Source: Amphiscolops sp. MND2022 (lineage: Eukaryota). Taken from it: 64,000 nucleotides of DNA. The position numbers and the translations under genes were made by a program. A model generated the notes under the pieces. That model was not told where the DNA came from, searched no databases, and was given only the letters and a program-made list of their open reading frames with translations. Positions within the stretch are counted from its first letter, which is position 1. Every line of letters begins with the position of its first letter. The stretch spans positions 94,490,001 to 94,554,000 of the forward strand of contig OZ076409.1 of assembly GCA_964187785.1 (NCBI GenBank), written 5' to 3'. Shown piece after piece: positions 35,991-48,949 of the stretch.

Positions 35991-38150
35991 TGTCGAGCCC
36001 AACTCTTCAGACAACTGGGACGAGATATCTGAAGCTTCATTGGCGTCAAAGTCGTTGGAGGATGTTTGAGCCATACCTGGATCTGCTGGCGAAGACGTTT
36101 CTGACGAAGAATTAATGATTTTACCGTTTCTAAGCTCGGTACCTTGATCTAGGTTCATAGAGATGGGAGAAGAGGATTATGAGTGAAGACTGGATTATCT
36201 GAGATGTTATTTTGATGTATTTTGCTGTTTTGTCTAAATTTATGATCTCTAATTCACTAAGTTTGAACAGAGATGTTTTGTAGATGATCCGTGCAAATAA
36301 ACTAGTCGTCAAATGAGTAGCAGGGAATTAGCAAGATAAGTATGGAAGTTCATCCAATTTTCATCACAGTAGTAGATGTACCAAGGAAATTACCCAGTTC
36401 AAATTCTTCAATTTCTGACGATGAAGTATAGATGTATTTTCTAACTTTTGCGTGTTAAAATATCCAACTGGTCGGTAGCTTGTCGCAATTCGGGCTGAGT
36501 AATATTTAATGGCGGTCCAAATTACAGCAGTTCACGTGTCTTTTCGGTTGGTAAGACGCTAAATCTCTTACCAACCTTCTCTCATTGGCTGTTACCAGCT
36601 GGTGTTAAAATGGTAAGTCACGTGACCGGTGTTGTGAACTGCCGCAAAGTGGCCACGCACCATGGTACATCTACATGTGTTAGTGGTGTTTAGTCATCAA
36701 TTTACAGTGTCGCAATTGCCTGCACATAACATCATGGTTTCTATAGTAACTAAAATGGACTCAAATTATTCAATAACGCACTAATTTCAAGCAAATTTAA
36801 GGTAAAGCACACTTTGGGATGGGAAAACGATGTTTTCCGCTGATTCTAGCACCAAAATCAATGATTTAAAACTTGAAGATGGAAATGCGATGAACTTGTA
36901 AGAATATTTGCTGATTTCCAAGTATAGTTTAGCTCTGGATGAATATGCGATGAAATGTAGTCTTTCTAGCTCGAAAATCAACACTATTTAAAATGACGAT
37001 GATAAAAGGATGAACTCTCTTCAAAATGAACGATTTCCAGCACAATTTAAATCGACGATGGTAAAAGGATGAACTCTCCTCGAAAATAGCTAATTTCCAG
37101 CACTAGTGAAATTGACGATGAATTCAGGATGAATTCAGTCGATAAAACAGGTGAAACAGCTAATTCTACAGTAAAGACAAATGTACGATGAGTTTAGGAT
37201 GAATACATTCAATAAAACAGCAAAATCTAATGGATCGAATTCCAATGATGAGTTTAGGATGAACTCAACTGAAAATTCGGCTAATTCTAGCGCAAGTTGA
37301 ACTAGCGATGAATTAGCGATGAACTTGTGTAATAAATCTGCCAAATGTAGTGCGAGCTAAAATGACGATGAACTAGTGATGAATTAGTCAAATAAAACAG
37401 ATATCCAGTACTTCACTCTTTTTTAGGATGAATTAAGGATGTACTTTCTCATTTCTCCTCTATGCTAGTATGACGATGAATAAAGGATGTTTTACTGTCC
37501 TTAAGAAATGAGAAGCACATTTGTGAGTTTCTACATGAAATATAGCGATGAATTAGTGATGAGTTTTACTAAAATGAGTCCCGTAAAATCCGCTGATGGA
37601 TTTATGATGAAAAGTAAAGTTTATTGTCCCATGCGTGGTTCATTCGCAATCTTGGATATGGGATTGCGATGAAATTTGTTAACAGCATCAGTAAATCCGC
37701 TGATGGATTTAAATGAAATCAAATCAGAACCATCACTAAATTAGACGATGAATTTGTGATGTGTTTTTTGATGAAATTTGTCACAACTACAAACTCTGAG
37801 GCGGGGAGCTAGTAGAAGTTATAACTTTCATCGTTTCTATATCTCGCGGTCCAGTCTGACCGGAAAACTTCTCTCCCTTGTCGTGACAAACCAATATTTA
37901 AGAAAAGTAGCACATCTAAGGCTAATGGCAAGATCATTTATCCGGACACCGGAATTAGAGCGCTCAGTATTAAGTAGATATATATAACTCACACTCAGGG
38001 GGGAAGGGATTAAGGTACAAGTAACGTAGGGTTGCTCACAACCATGGCTCTTATTATATGACTTCATATTGCCCATATCTAAGTACATAAGACATAATAT
38101 TTACATTACAGATATTTAGTAGATTATATTTCCATCATGCTGGCATGACA
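35991..38150 (-). repeat. 3' LTR of element C (2160 bp; lacks 142 bp corresponding to 45196-45337)
   Basis: About 99% match to 45180-47482; TGTC...GACA ends; short purine run GGGGAG precedes it on the minus strand (38151-38156). Confidence 0.96.
36880..37780. repeat. Degenerate ~60-bp tandem array with paired GATGA motifs in the LTR (second copy at about 46210-47110)
   Basis: Recurring GATGA-N7-GATGAA-like units (GACGATGAATTCAGGATGAA, GCGATGAATTAGCGATGAA, etc.) at about 60-70 bp spacing. Confidence 0.85.
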
Positions 38151-39326
38151 CTCCCCGGGGCGGGATTTGGACTGAGAGTGCAGGGGCCAAATGTGCAGAG
38201 GATGGTTGTCTCGGCGTTGGCTTCGACTGTTTCCTTCGTTTGGTTAGGGAGAAAATTGATCCTTCGCTTGTTCTTGAGTTGGCACTTCCTTCGTTTGTTC
38301 TGTCCTGTGTGTATCTTCTCTGAGAAGAGGACTGTTGGCTATCGTCATGTCTGGCTTCATTCTGGGTGATTTCGGTTAAAGAATTTCGACGCGGCAACTC
38401 TAATTCTTGGCCCATCGAATGTCCGCTGATCTGCATTTATTGGTTGTCATGCTTTTGGTGGGAGCTCGGTCTGCCGATTGTTTCAGTGGAAATTTCGATT
38501 TCCTGGTGAAAAGATTTCCCCAGGTCGCCTACGCTAAGTAAACATTCTGCTAGCTTCGTTGACAATTTGGCAGTAAATCGACGCCATTTCTTGTCTGCCA
38601 AAGTTTCCTGGGATGAATGAACGGTGAATTGTTTACTCAGCGAGACATCGATGTTGACTTAACAGACGGCTGGCGCCGCCGCTCTGTCAATTTCCGCGAT
38701 AGGAAAGAGATGAACTGTCGTCATAGCAACCGTCACTGTCGCTTCCGCTGTCTGATTTTCTCAGCGATGAGAAAGAGATAAAATCGTCGCCATAGCAACT
38801 GCTGCTAAATCCTGATTGGCGGAAAACTAAATTTTCTGAACTGGAGGAAATTCAACCGGTTGTCAACAAACATTTCTCATCCACGAATCACCTCCTGTTT
38901 AGTCGGTTTGAAAATCGCCACGATTTCCTTTGCGCGTTTCCGCTCAACTTCGTCGGCATCGACCTGAGACTGGCATTGTCATCAGAGTCAAATACTTGAA
39001 GCTTTTGTAGTCAAATTCTGGGGGGGGGGGCGATTCATTTTCAGAGAAAATTGTCAAATTGGTTGAACTGGGAAGAAAGGTGTAGACAGTCATTGAAATC
39101 GGAGAGTTTTTCATCGATTTTTCATCTTCTGAATTTCAAGTATTTGATTTGTCCTGGCACTCAAGCTGCATTCGCGCTCTTTGAATTCTTCGTGAATTTG
39201 TATCTCGCAATCATGGTTGATCAGGCCATTTAATTACTGATCAAATCCTTGTCCTCAGATTCTTCGGTTTCGTTCCTATCTTCACTCTCTTCCGTTCCTT
39301 TTCAGATTGTTTGCAAATCTACAACG

Positions 39327-42300
39327 ATGTCGGACATCTGCTCCGTTCATTCTCTTCCAGAGACTGAAGCCACAGAAAGTAAGTGCACTATTTTTTCTTT
39401 TCTTTCACAAGCAGGTTAGGGAACAATTAGGTACTGAAGGCACGTCTTGCTTTAGCGGACTCAGTCCATTCTGTTGGGGTCATCTCTGACCTGACCACGC
39501 TCCAGACCGTTCCGCCTCAACAGGCTCCTGAAGTCCAAGCAGCAGTTCCAGCAGCTCAGATTCAACCTGAGCAACAATTTGAGCAGGTCCCCAATGTCCC
39601 GTACCTTCCGCAGTGTAAGTTCCATCCTCTCAGATCATCATGTTCAGTCTACAATCTCTTCGTTTCTCATCTCCGATCCACTCAGACACTGACTCTTTCC
39701 GTTTGATGTTTAGATCACTACCCTTGGTATGCCTCTCTTGGCAGCGTCACCTTTGGGTGGTATGACCGCCACATGCGGGACATGCTGCGAGAGAGTATCC
39801 TGCAGTATAGTGAGTTAATTCCTTTACACTTTCTTCCTTGTACTAGGCTATCGTCCTGACACTCCGATGTAATTCCGATGTAAACATCTCATCTGCATGT
39901 AGTGCCCTTTATGGTCGATTATCCATGTAATTCATTTTTAAGATGAATTTAGGATGTGTCATGAGAATTCACAGTCCTTTTTTTTGATTGACTTGCTGCA
40001 AATTTCATTTTGAAGATAGGTTATGGATGAATTTTGCTCCAAACTTCTTTCTTCACGCGGCGTACGTGCTCTTTCTTCTCCATTCGTTGTCGTCTGATTT
40101 CTGTTTTTCTTCTTTCAGGCCCAACGCCAATTCACGCACCGAGACCGCGTCCCATCACTTACTCCATTGCAATTGGGACCAGTGACTTCGGCAATGACAG
40201 CGTCGACGTCAGTACCCAAGGAGGGCCTCCTCAGCCTGAGCTGTCTTCCTTCTTACAGGATCTCGCAGTGAATGCCACCAGTTCTCCGGTCGCAAGGGCT
40301 CCGGTCTCCGTGTTGTCGCCCAACCTCCAGAGATACTTGGATGGTGAATTCGCTGCCAGAAGTCCTCCTCCTCCTCGGGTGACTGTGTGCCATGGTACCT
40401 CAACGAGAGATGAGGTGCAGCAAGTGGATGTGGCCATCAATACGGTGTGCAATTCTGCTGACGTAGCAGTGCAGGCTGTTGTGGAGACCAGTGATTCCTC
40501 CACCGTGCACGATCCTCCTGTCGAGTCGCCTCCCGTTGCTTCCTCGTTGATCGCTGACGTCCTTTCGATGGTGGAGCCAGTCGTTGACCAGCCCGATCTT
40601 CCCTCGGCCAGTGGCACTGAGACAGGGGTTGAGATTCCCGAGGACTTCTCCTTCAGTGGTTCTCCGTCAGTTGGTCCTGATCCTGGCGACGTTGTTCCTG
40701 CACCAGACACTGGATTAGGAGAGACCTCACCGTTGGGGCCCAGCCTCATTGACTCCGATGATGAGCCAATCGCGTCTCGTCTACCAGGTTACCTAAACAG
40801 CTTTAAAACCTGTGAAGTATCTGATCAGTACCTGCATTCATTCATTTTCCTCTTTTCATTTTTGCTAGCAATTCAGATTTTTCGTCTTTTCCATCTATTT
40901 TCCATCGTTTTAGTTCTTTTCGCTGTTCAGTTTTGCATGTTGTGTTTTTCATCATTTTCTCATCGTTAAAAGTTTTCAAACATGGCGTTTTTCTCTTTTG
41001 TCTTGCATTCTAGCTATTTTTAGCCACTTTTCATCTCTTTTACATCCTTAAAATTTTTCTTTTTCGTTTTGGCTAATTTTCAGTGTTTTCTTTTCAGTTT
41101 ACATCCCTTTTTCATCGTTAAGTTGTTTTCGCTCTAAAATATCTCAATTTTGGTTCAAAGTCGTTCTATACATCTCTTTTTCATCGTTCGAGTTTTTCGT
41201 CTTTAAAAGTTTCAATTTTCATTCTGGTGGTCTGCAAACACATCTCTTTTTCATCTTTTCGTTTTTTCTTCGTTTTTCGCTTATATTTCCCGATGAAAAT
41301 ATTATTTTACATCATTTTTTCATCACTCCGTGTGACTTTTGGAAGTTTGCCGTGGTTTTTTCATTTTTTCAGTTTTGAAAGGATGATTTTTGTAGATTTG
41401 TTTTCCTTTTATTTCAGGAAGGAAAATTCTTAAAACCGTTTGGTTTGAACACGCATACTGTGGACTGGCCTTAGGGTATGCGAAAGACCACCAGACGCGT
41501 GATTCCTTTGTGAGGTGCCTGTTGTGCAAACGGGATGTCAGAATTGCGAGCCGAGGAATTACGACGTTCTGGGAACACTGTCGGGGGGTTCGGCACCACC
41601 GACTTGACTGTCTGGTTCGACTGCGACGGGGTCTGGCACTGAGGAAACGTGATGGCACGTTGATGTCAGAGGCGGAAGCTGCGGCTGTCACTCCAACATT
41701 GGTGGGCGAGAGTGTGCCACAAATCGAAGTGTGTCCGGATGTGACAGTGATTGAAGCGCTACGTATCGAAGCGGAAGGGAGGTCTGTGTGGAGCGATGTT
41801 TCAGATGAACCAGAAGACAGACGAGTCGAAAGTGTGCGGTTATTTCTGTGTTTGGTAGTGGATGCGATGTACCGTGGTTGCGACTTTTCTAGTGTGCGAC
41901 ATCTCTGGGATTTAATAGTCTCATCTTGTCGTCAACATTCATCGCTGTTTGGCGCGGCTTGTCGTGAATCGGACGTGCTGGTTATTATTCTATATTTATA
42001 TGTATTACATGTTTTGTATTCATGTTACATGTAGGTGTGTTCATTAGGTTTCATGTATTGTGATTTTTTGCCGAAGTTCTCTCTCAATGGCGACAACGAA
42101 AAACTTGTTGTGAAGGTCAAACGTAACTGTGTTTAGTCTCAATAGTACTAGCGTATAAGTTAATTGCTTTTTTAAATGTGTGCTATTTGTGCGTTTAGAG
42201 TGTAGTGTTGCTGGGGCTCTGGCCGTATGTGATGCGGCGGGTGATCGGCATCTGGTCTGAGTCTGACTACAGTAGCTTCAGCGTTACCACTGTGGCAGAC

Positions 42301-42856
42301 AGGGTGGTTGGCACGGTGACCGTTTGCACGTTGGAAGGGCCTTCAAGTTATGTTGTCTTCTCCCTAGCGTACGGCCAAGAGTGGGAGCAGGAAGCTGTGT
42401 CATGGATTGTGAATCTCCTTTGCTGCTGTGTTGGACCAGTTGCGCCTGTTGGCATCAATTGTGGGTTGTTGCCGAGAGTGGAGAGAGTTTTGTGTGCATC
42501 CTCTGGGCCGCATGCTTTTACGTTTGTGCCGTTGAAGCTTCACGACTTGAACAAATGTCTTGTGGATTCTAGCGTGCGTGTGATGGGAGGAAGTGACCTG
42601 TATTCAATTTTTAATCATCTGCAAACTAGACTGAAAGAGTTTGTGAGGGATCCAATTCTGCTGGCATGTCCGAAACTGTTGCAGGTAAATATAATTAGGG
42701 TATCGTTGTGTGCTTGTTTGTCCTGGGATGTTAGTTTGTGACTGTTCTTAGCTATAAGTCTGTCGAGAGTCATGTGCAACTGTTTGTTATAAGGTTCTTC
42801 TGATGTTTCAGTGTATTCTGGATGGAGAGGTGACTCTCTGGGATGTGCCTGATGTG
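39327..42856 (+). pseudogene. Antisense accessory gene of element C (5' half; C-terminal exons deleted)
   Basis: S/P-rich exon ending 40787, intron 40788-41417, finger exon (VRCLLCKR...FWEHCRGVRH), intron 41981-42198, exon SVVLLGLWPY..., donor at 42685; start codon tentative. Confidence 0.82.
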
Positions 42857-43990
42857 GTGTCGGTATGCGAAAGTGTGCCAGAGTGGTGTTGGCATCAAGT
42901 GTGAACGTGTGGTTGTTCGGGTTGGTGACTTGGATTGTCGTCTTGCCCTCGTCTAGGTCAACCAAAGCTGGGGAAACAAGCAAACACGTCTTTCGCATGA
43001 ATCCAGGTGAGCCTTCAACTGTACCAGTTGTAAGTGAGATGTCCGCGTCGCTGTGGACCTGTATCATCACTTGATGGAGAGGAGGGATCACTGTTCTGGT
43101 ACTGGAACACAAATCAATTAAACCAGTTTTGAATCTGTTGTTCTTTTGCTGTCAAACTTGCATGGACATCATGTGATTAGGGAAGTGGACAAGGTGGTTT
43201 TTTATGTCTAAGTTGACTGAGTACTTTTCAAAGAATGACATTCCAATTAAAATTGTGCCCATTGTTGGAAAGATTAGGAACGTTTCTTCAAAGACTTTTC
43301 CAGCAACGTAAAATCTAAGTAAGACTTGCTTACGTACTGGGACTAAGTTCCCGTTTGCTATTTGAATTTTGAAATTCGGAGGGGGAGTTCTTGAAGGATG
43401 GCTTCTGGATGAGCCGTTGTTATTTTTCGCAATTCTGCTTCAGACATTGCACTTTGAATTGCGCCTGTATCTAAAAGTGCGCTGTTTTCATATTTGTCAA
43501 ACTGAAGAGGGACGTAAAGCATTTTATCTTTCTTGTTTAAGTGTAAAGTGGGACTGAGAACGTGAATTTCTGTTTTAGTTGCATGTTTTTTAGCTTTTGA
43601 AAGGTTAATACTACTCTGTTTTGCATGTTTTTTAATACTAAGCCGTTTGTCGATTGTTGAGTGTGAAGTCGAGTCGTCGTCAAGATGGTTGGTTTCCATC
43701 TCTTTGGCATCTTCCACCTGCCTCATGGTGTTTTGTTGCCAGTTCATCGTTTGTTCATCGTTGATTTCAGCGAGTGGAGAAAAGCGGCTGCCGTTGCGTT
43801 GACGTGCAATTCCCATCACTTTTTCATCGTTAGAAAGTCTTCGCTGATAGACGTCGTCAGCTTTTGGTCGTTTGTCCAGTGAAGGCTGCCATTTCTTCAT
43901 TGGACGGTCGTGTGTAGTCGGTTGAGTCGAAAGTCGTTTGTCGCGCGTTGTATTTCTAGCGGACGGAAATCGTGGCTGAATCAAAAACCC
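42847..43990 (-). pseudogene. pol: pol remnant of element C (protease region only), with frameshift and stop
   Basis: LLDTGA protease motif; LVSPALVDL...IQVTNPNNH matches the post-protease region of pol B; ends at the deletion junction. Confidence 0.88.
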
Positions 43991-45489
43991 TGGTTAATAT
44001 CTTCATCAGAGTAGCTTAGTTGTTCATCGTCCTCAGTAATTGCTTGCATTGGATTCATCGGCTTTTGCTGTCGTTTTAAATCTTGTCGTCTAGCCTTGTT
44101 GTCGTCCTGTGAATTCGTTGTGTATGGAATCTTTCCATATGCAGAGCTGCTTTCCTTGGGAACGCGTCGTCTGCAATCTCTGGCTGAGTGTCCGGTGTAG
44201 CCACAAATCTGACAGACCAACTTCGGATTGTATTTCGGTTTGTCTGGGTCTGCTGCTTTCTTCATCGGAATTGCATCTTCTTTCTTAATGCCTTTTGCTT
44301 CGTCACGTTGTCGGGCGCGACATTCCGTTTTGCGGTGACCTGTCTTTCCGCAGTAGAAGCATTGTCCCTCAAATCGTTTTCTTTCCGTGGGTTGCGTTGT
44401 CGTCGTTGTTGTTGTGGGCTTCGTCGTTGTAATCGTTGCTGGGGCTGAGGAGCTGACCGCGTTAAATGGTTGGATTGCCGTAGGTGGCGCGACGTACTGC
44501 TGGTACTGGTACTTTCTCATCAAGTATGTCTTGATTTCTTCTGGTGAGCTCTCCTCCTTATTGGCCATTGTAAGTTCGTGTTGTATTTCGACTGGGAGTT
44601 TACCGAACAAGAACATTTTGATGATTTTATCCGCTTCTTCCCCAAATGCTTGTTTCGCAATCTTTTTCAAGTTTTTGAGGAAGTCGCTGAATGTTTCTGT
44701 GGTGGGATCGTAACGGGCTTGATCCCATTTGTATCGAGCTACTTCTTTAAGATCTTCTTTCGCGAATTCTTTCCTGAAGAGGTCGAGCACATCTTTCAGC
44801 GTTGTTAGTGGCGTTATCTGGATGGATTGCCAGTACTCTATTGCATCATCTCTCAAAAGGCTTTGAAAGAAGTGGAGTTTGTTTTCTTCGGTGATTTTGT
44901 TGGCGAGCGGGCTAAGGTGGTTGAGGAGAAGGTGCTCGAATTCCACGAATTTGTCTTTTTGGCCTCTGAAATTTGGGACGTGTGTCTGTAGTAGTTTCGT
45001 GTTGGTGGTGGTGCTTTTGATTCGTTGGGGGATCGTCTCGATTGCATTGAGTAGTCGTTCCTCATTGCTTCTAGGAGTTGATTCACCTTCTTCGTCCGAG
45101 TCGTCTTCCTGGTATCGCCCGAAGTTTGTGAAGCTGGATGTCGGGCGGGTGGAGCGGGTTTCTGTAACTCCTGTCACCATGTCGAGCCCAACTCTGTGGG
45201 TCGGCTTTGAAGAACTTTGCGATGACGAAGGTAAGTTATTTTCGTCATTTTTACTAATAACTGCCATTAATAAGTTCTTCAGTTGACTAAATTCACTTTG
45301 TAACTCATTTATCTTCCTCTCATAGTTCTCTTTTATTTCAGACAACTGGGACGAGATATCTGAAGCTTCATTGGCGTCAAAGTCGTTGGAGGATGTTTGA
45401 GCCATACCTGGATCTGCTGGCGAAGACGTTTCTGACGAAGAATTAATGATTTTACCGTTTCTAAGCTCGGTACCTTGATCTAGGTTCAT
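43981..45489 (-). CDS. gag: Gag of element C (502 aa, intact), starting inside the 5' LTR
   Basis: FRGQKDKFVEFE and ENKLHFFQSLLR align with gag B; knuckles CFYCGKTGHRKTEC and CQICGYTGHSARDC. Confidence 0.95.
   Translation of the reverse strand: MNLDQGTELRNGKIINSSSETSSPADPGMAQTSSNDFDANEASDISSQLSEIKENYERKINELQSEFSQLKNLLMAVISKNDENNLPSSSQSSSKPTHRVGLDMVTGVTETRSTRPTSSFTNFGRYQEDDSDEEGESTPRSNEERLLNAIETIPQRIKSTTTNTKLLQTHVPNFRGQKDKFVEFEHLLLNHLSPLANKITEENKLHFFQSLLRDDAIEYWQSIQITPLTTLKDVLDLFRKEFAKEDLKEVARYKWDQARYDPTTETFSDFLKNLKKIAKQAFGEEADKIIKMFLFGKLPVEIQHELTMANKEESSPEEIKTYLMRKYQYQQYVAPPTAIQPFNAVSSSAPATITTTKPTTTTTTTQPTERKRFEGQCFYCGKTGHRKTECRARQRDEAKGIKKEDAIPMKKAADPDKPKYNPKLVCQICGYTGHSARDCRRRVPKESSSAYGKIPYTTNSQDDNKARRQDLKRQQKPMNPMQAITEDDEQLSYSDEDINQGF
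43984..43990 (-). other. -1 frameshift heptamer G GGT TTT (gag to pol)
   Basis: In gag phase directly before TGA; the -1 frame opens ORF 43358-43984. Confidence 0.8.
45168..45179 (-). other. Primer binding site TGGTGACAGGAG of element C
   Basis: Directly follows the LTR end ...CTCGACA on the minus strand; identical to the PBS of B. Confidence 0.88.
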
Positions 45490-47482
45490 AGAGATGGGAG
45501 AAGAGGATTATGAGTGAAGACTGGATTATTGGAGATGTTATTTTGATGTATTTTGCTGTTTTGTCTAAATTTATGATTTCTAATTCACTAAGTTTGAACA
45601 GAGATGTTTTGTAGATGATCCGTGCAAATAAACTAGTCGTCAAATGAGTAGCAGGGAATTAGCAAGATAAGTATGGAAGTTCATCCAATTTTCATCACAA
45701 AAGTAGATGTACCAAGGAAATTACCCAGTTCAAAATCTTCAATTTCTGACGATGAAGTATAGATGTATTTTCTAACTTTTGCGTGTTAAAATATCCAACT
45801 GGTCGGTAGCTTGTCGCAATTCGGGCTGAGTAATATTTAATGGCGGTCCAAATTACAGCAGTTCACGTGTCTTTTCGGTTGGTAAGACGCTAAATCTCTT
45901 ACCAACCTTCTCTCATTGGCTGTTACCAGCTAGTGTTAAAATGGTAAGTCACGTGACCGGTGTTGTGAACTGCCGCAAAGTGGCCACGCACCATGGTACA
46001 TCTACATGTGTTAGTGGTGTTTAGTCATCAATTTACAGTGTCGCAATTGCCTGCACATAACATCATGGTTTCTATAGTAACTAAAATGGACTCAAATTAT
46101 TCAATACCGCACTAATTTCAAGCAAATTTAAGGTAAAGCACACTTTGGGATGGGAAAACGATGTTTTCCGCTGATTCTAGCACCAAAATCAATGATTTAA
46201 AACTTGAAGATGGAAATGCGATGAACTTGTAAGAATATTTGCTGATTTCCAAGTATAGTTTAGCTCTGGATGAATATGCGATGAAATGTAGTCTTTCTCG
46301 CTCGAAAATCAACACTATTTAAAATGACGATGATAAAAGGATGAACTCTCTTCAAAATGAACGATTTCCAGCACAATTTAAATCGACGATGGTAAAAGAA
46401 TGAACTCTCCTCGAAAATAGCTAATTTCCAGCACTAGTGAAATTGACGATGAATTCAGGATGAATTCAGTCGATAAAACAGGTGAAACAGCTAATTCTAC
46501 AGTAAAGACAAATGTACGATGAGTTTAGGATGAATACATTCAATAAAACAGCAAAATCTAATGGATCGAAATCCAATGATGAGTTTAGGATGAACTCAAC
46601 TGAAAATTCGGCTAATTCTAGCGCAAGTTGAACTAGCGATGAATTAGCGATGAACTTGTGTAATAAATCTGCCAAATGTAGTGCGAGCTAAAATGACGAT
46701 GAACTAGTGATGAATTAGTCAAATAAAACAGATATCCAGCACTTCACTCTTTTTTAGGATGAATTAAGGATGTACTTTCTCATTTCTCCTCTATGGTAGT
46801 ATGACGATGAATAAAGGATGTTTTACTGTCCTTAAGAAATGAGAAGCACATTTGTGAGTTTCTACATGAAATATAGCGATGAATTAGTGATGAGTTTTAC
46901 TAAAATGAGTCCCGTAAAATCCGCTGATGGATTTATGATGAAAAGTAAAGTTTATTGTCCCATGCGTGGTTCATTCGCAATCTTGGAGATGGGATTGCGA
47001 TGAACTTTGTTAACAGCATCAGTAAATCCGCTGATGGATTTAAATGAAATCAAATCAGAACCATCACTAAATTAGACGATGAATTTGTGATGTGTTTTTT
47101 GATGAAATTTGTCACAACTACAAACTCTGAGGCGGGGAGCTAGTAGAAGTTATAACTTTCATCGTTTCTATATCTCGCGGTCCAGTCTGACCGGAAAACT
47201 TCTCTCCCTTGTCGTGACAAACCAATATTTAAGAAAAGTAGCACATCTAAGGCTAATGGCAAGATCATTTATGCGGACACCGGAATTAGAGCGCTCAGTA
47301 TTAAGTAGATATATATAACTCACACTCAGGGGGGGAAGGGATTAAGGTACAAGTAACGTAGGGTTGCTCACAACCATGGCTCTTATTATATGACTTCATA
47401 TTGCCCATATCTAAGTACATAAGACATAATATTTACATTACAGATATTTAGTAGATTATATTTCCATCATGCTGGCATGACA
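45180..47482 (-). repeat. 5' LTR of element C (2303 bp)
   Basis: Repeat of 35991-38150, bounded by the TSD and the PBS. Confidence 0.96.
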
Positions 47483-47599
47483 ATTGTGAAGCGGAATAGG
47501 ACCAATGTTTTTGAGCCGCGGCATCAATATGGAGGGAATACAGAGTGTTTGGTATCGAGTCGCCCAGCAGTGTGTAGTTGCGGAGTGGTAGACAACGCA

Positions 47600-48540
47600 T
47601 CTAGATTCACTACATTTCCACGGAAATCCGTTTCTCTGATCCTTTATTTTCATTTTCTTTTTTTAACACTTCTAACCGATTCACTTTTGAACTTGGTGGA
47701 AAAGTCTCTTCATTATTGAAATGATAAAGGAAAGCAACTTTTCTATTTGCGGTTCAAAGCTTTTCAAATTCATTACACCAACAAAATATAACTGTACATC
47801 GATTTTCGTATGAGAAAATTATTGGAAAACAATAGAGGCTCTAGACCTTCTAGAGTGGGTAATCCGTTTCTTCTCAAAGGGAATCCGTTTTTCTGATCCT
47901 TCATTTTAAATTTCGTTTTTAACATTTCTACACGAGTGATTTTTCAACTTGGTTAAAAATTAATTTCAATATTGAAATGAAAAAGAAAGCAACATTTCGT
48001 TTCTCGGTTCATAGATTTTCAAATCCATTTCACCAACAAAATTTAACTGTACCTCGAATTGCCTATGGGAAAATCATTGGAAAACAAGAGAGGCTCTAGA
48101 CCTTCTAGAGAAGGGACTCCGTTTTTTCCCAAAAGGGAATCCGTTTCACTGATCCTTCTTTTTTATTTTCGTTTCAACATTTCTAAACGATTGATTTTTC
48201 AACGTGGTTAAAAAGTAATTTATTATTGAAATGATAAATGAAAGCAACTTTTCTTTCTTCGGTTCCTAGTTTTTCAAATCCATTTAACCAACAAAATAAT
48301 AACTGTAACATCAAATTCCTTATGAGAAGATCATATGAAAATCTTAGAAGTTCTAGACCTTCTTCCGTTTCCCCCGGAAAGTGTTTTAAGCATTGAGTTC
48401 AAATCAATTTTTCATTTGGCGTCTGATACTTTTTGAAAACCATTTCGCCAGCAAAACCTTACTGCTTCATTCAATTTCACAAGAGAAAAATGGCTATAAT
48501 AACAGACGTTTAGACCCTCTTCCTTTTCTCCGGTGAATTT
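47600..48540. repeat. Diverged tandem repeat, about 256-bp unit, about 3.5 copies
   Basis: AATCCGTTT..CTGATCCTT at 47625, 47882 and 48138; recurring TCTAGACCTTCT and ACCAACAAAAT. Confidence 0.9.
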
Positions 48541-48949
48541 GTTTTCCAGAAGTTGAAACTGTTTTTCTGTATTGGTTTTATGGTGATTTCATACAAAACA
48601 AAGAATCTACAATTTTTTTTGATGGTAGTATGATGAATTCGAACAAAAAGATAAAAACACAAAACAGTATAATTGGTATTATGGTGAATTCATACAAAGC
48701 GAATAATCCACAACTTGTAAGTGGAACTAAAAGGTGACCTAACTAGTGACGCCATCGAAAATAGCTAAATATTGCCTAGTGAAGGAAACACACAATTCCA
48801 AGATTTCAAAAAAAGTGAATTTTTATTTCGGCGACTCTTTGCATGTTACACACGGTATTAGTGCAAGAATCCAGGAAAGTGTTGCCTTCTTCCTTTTTTT
48901 TTGGAAACCCACGTAAACACTGGAGGTACACTGGAAGAAGCAAATAGAT

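Larger units (their letters stand above)
35991..47482 (-). mobile_element. Ty3/Gypsy LTR retrotransposon 'C', internally deleted (no RT, RNase H or integrase)
   Basis: LTRs 45180-47482 and 35991-38150; TSD ATTGT at 35986-35990 and 47483-47487; PBS; intact gag; protease remnant. Confidence 0.97.

Noticed and set aside
36880..37780. CRISPR-like array
   Set aside because: Repeats are degenerate, spacers are related to each other, the context is a eukaryotic LTR and there are no cas genes
47570..47610. tRNA gene or tRNA-derived SINE head (GTAGTTGCGGAGTGGTAGACAACGC)
   Set aside because: Only an A-box-like stretch; no B box or cloverleaf could be built
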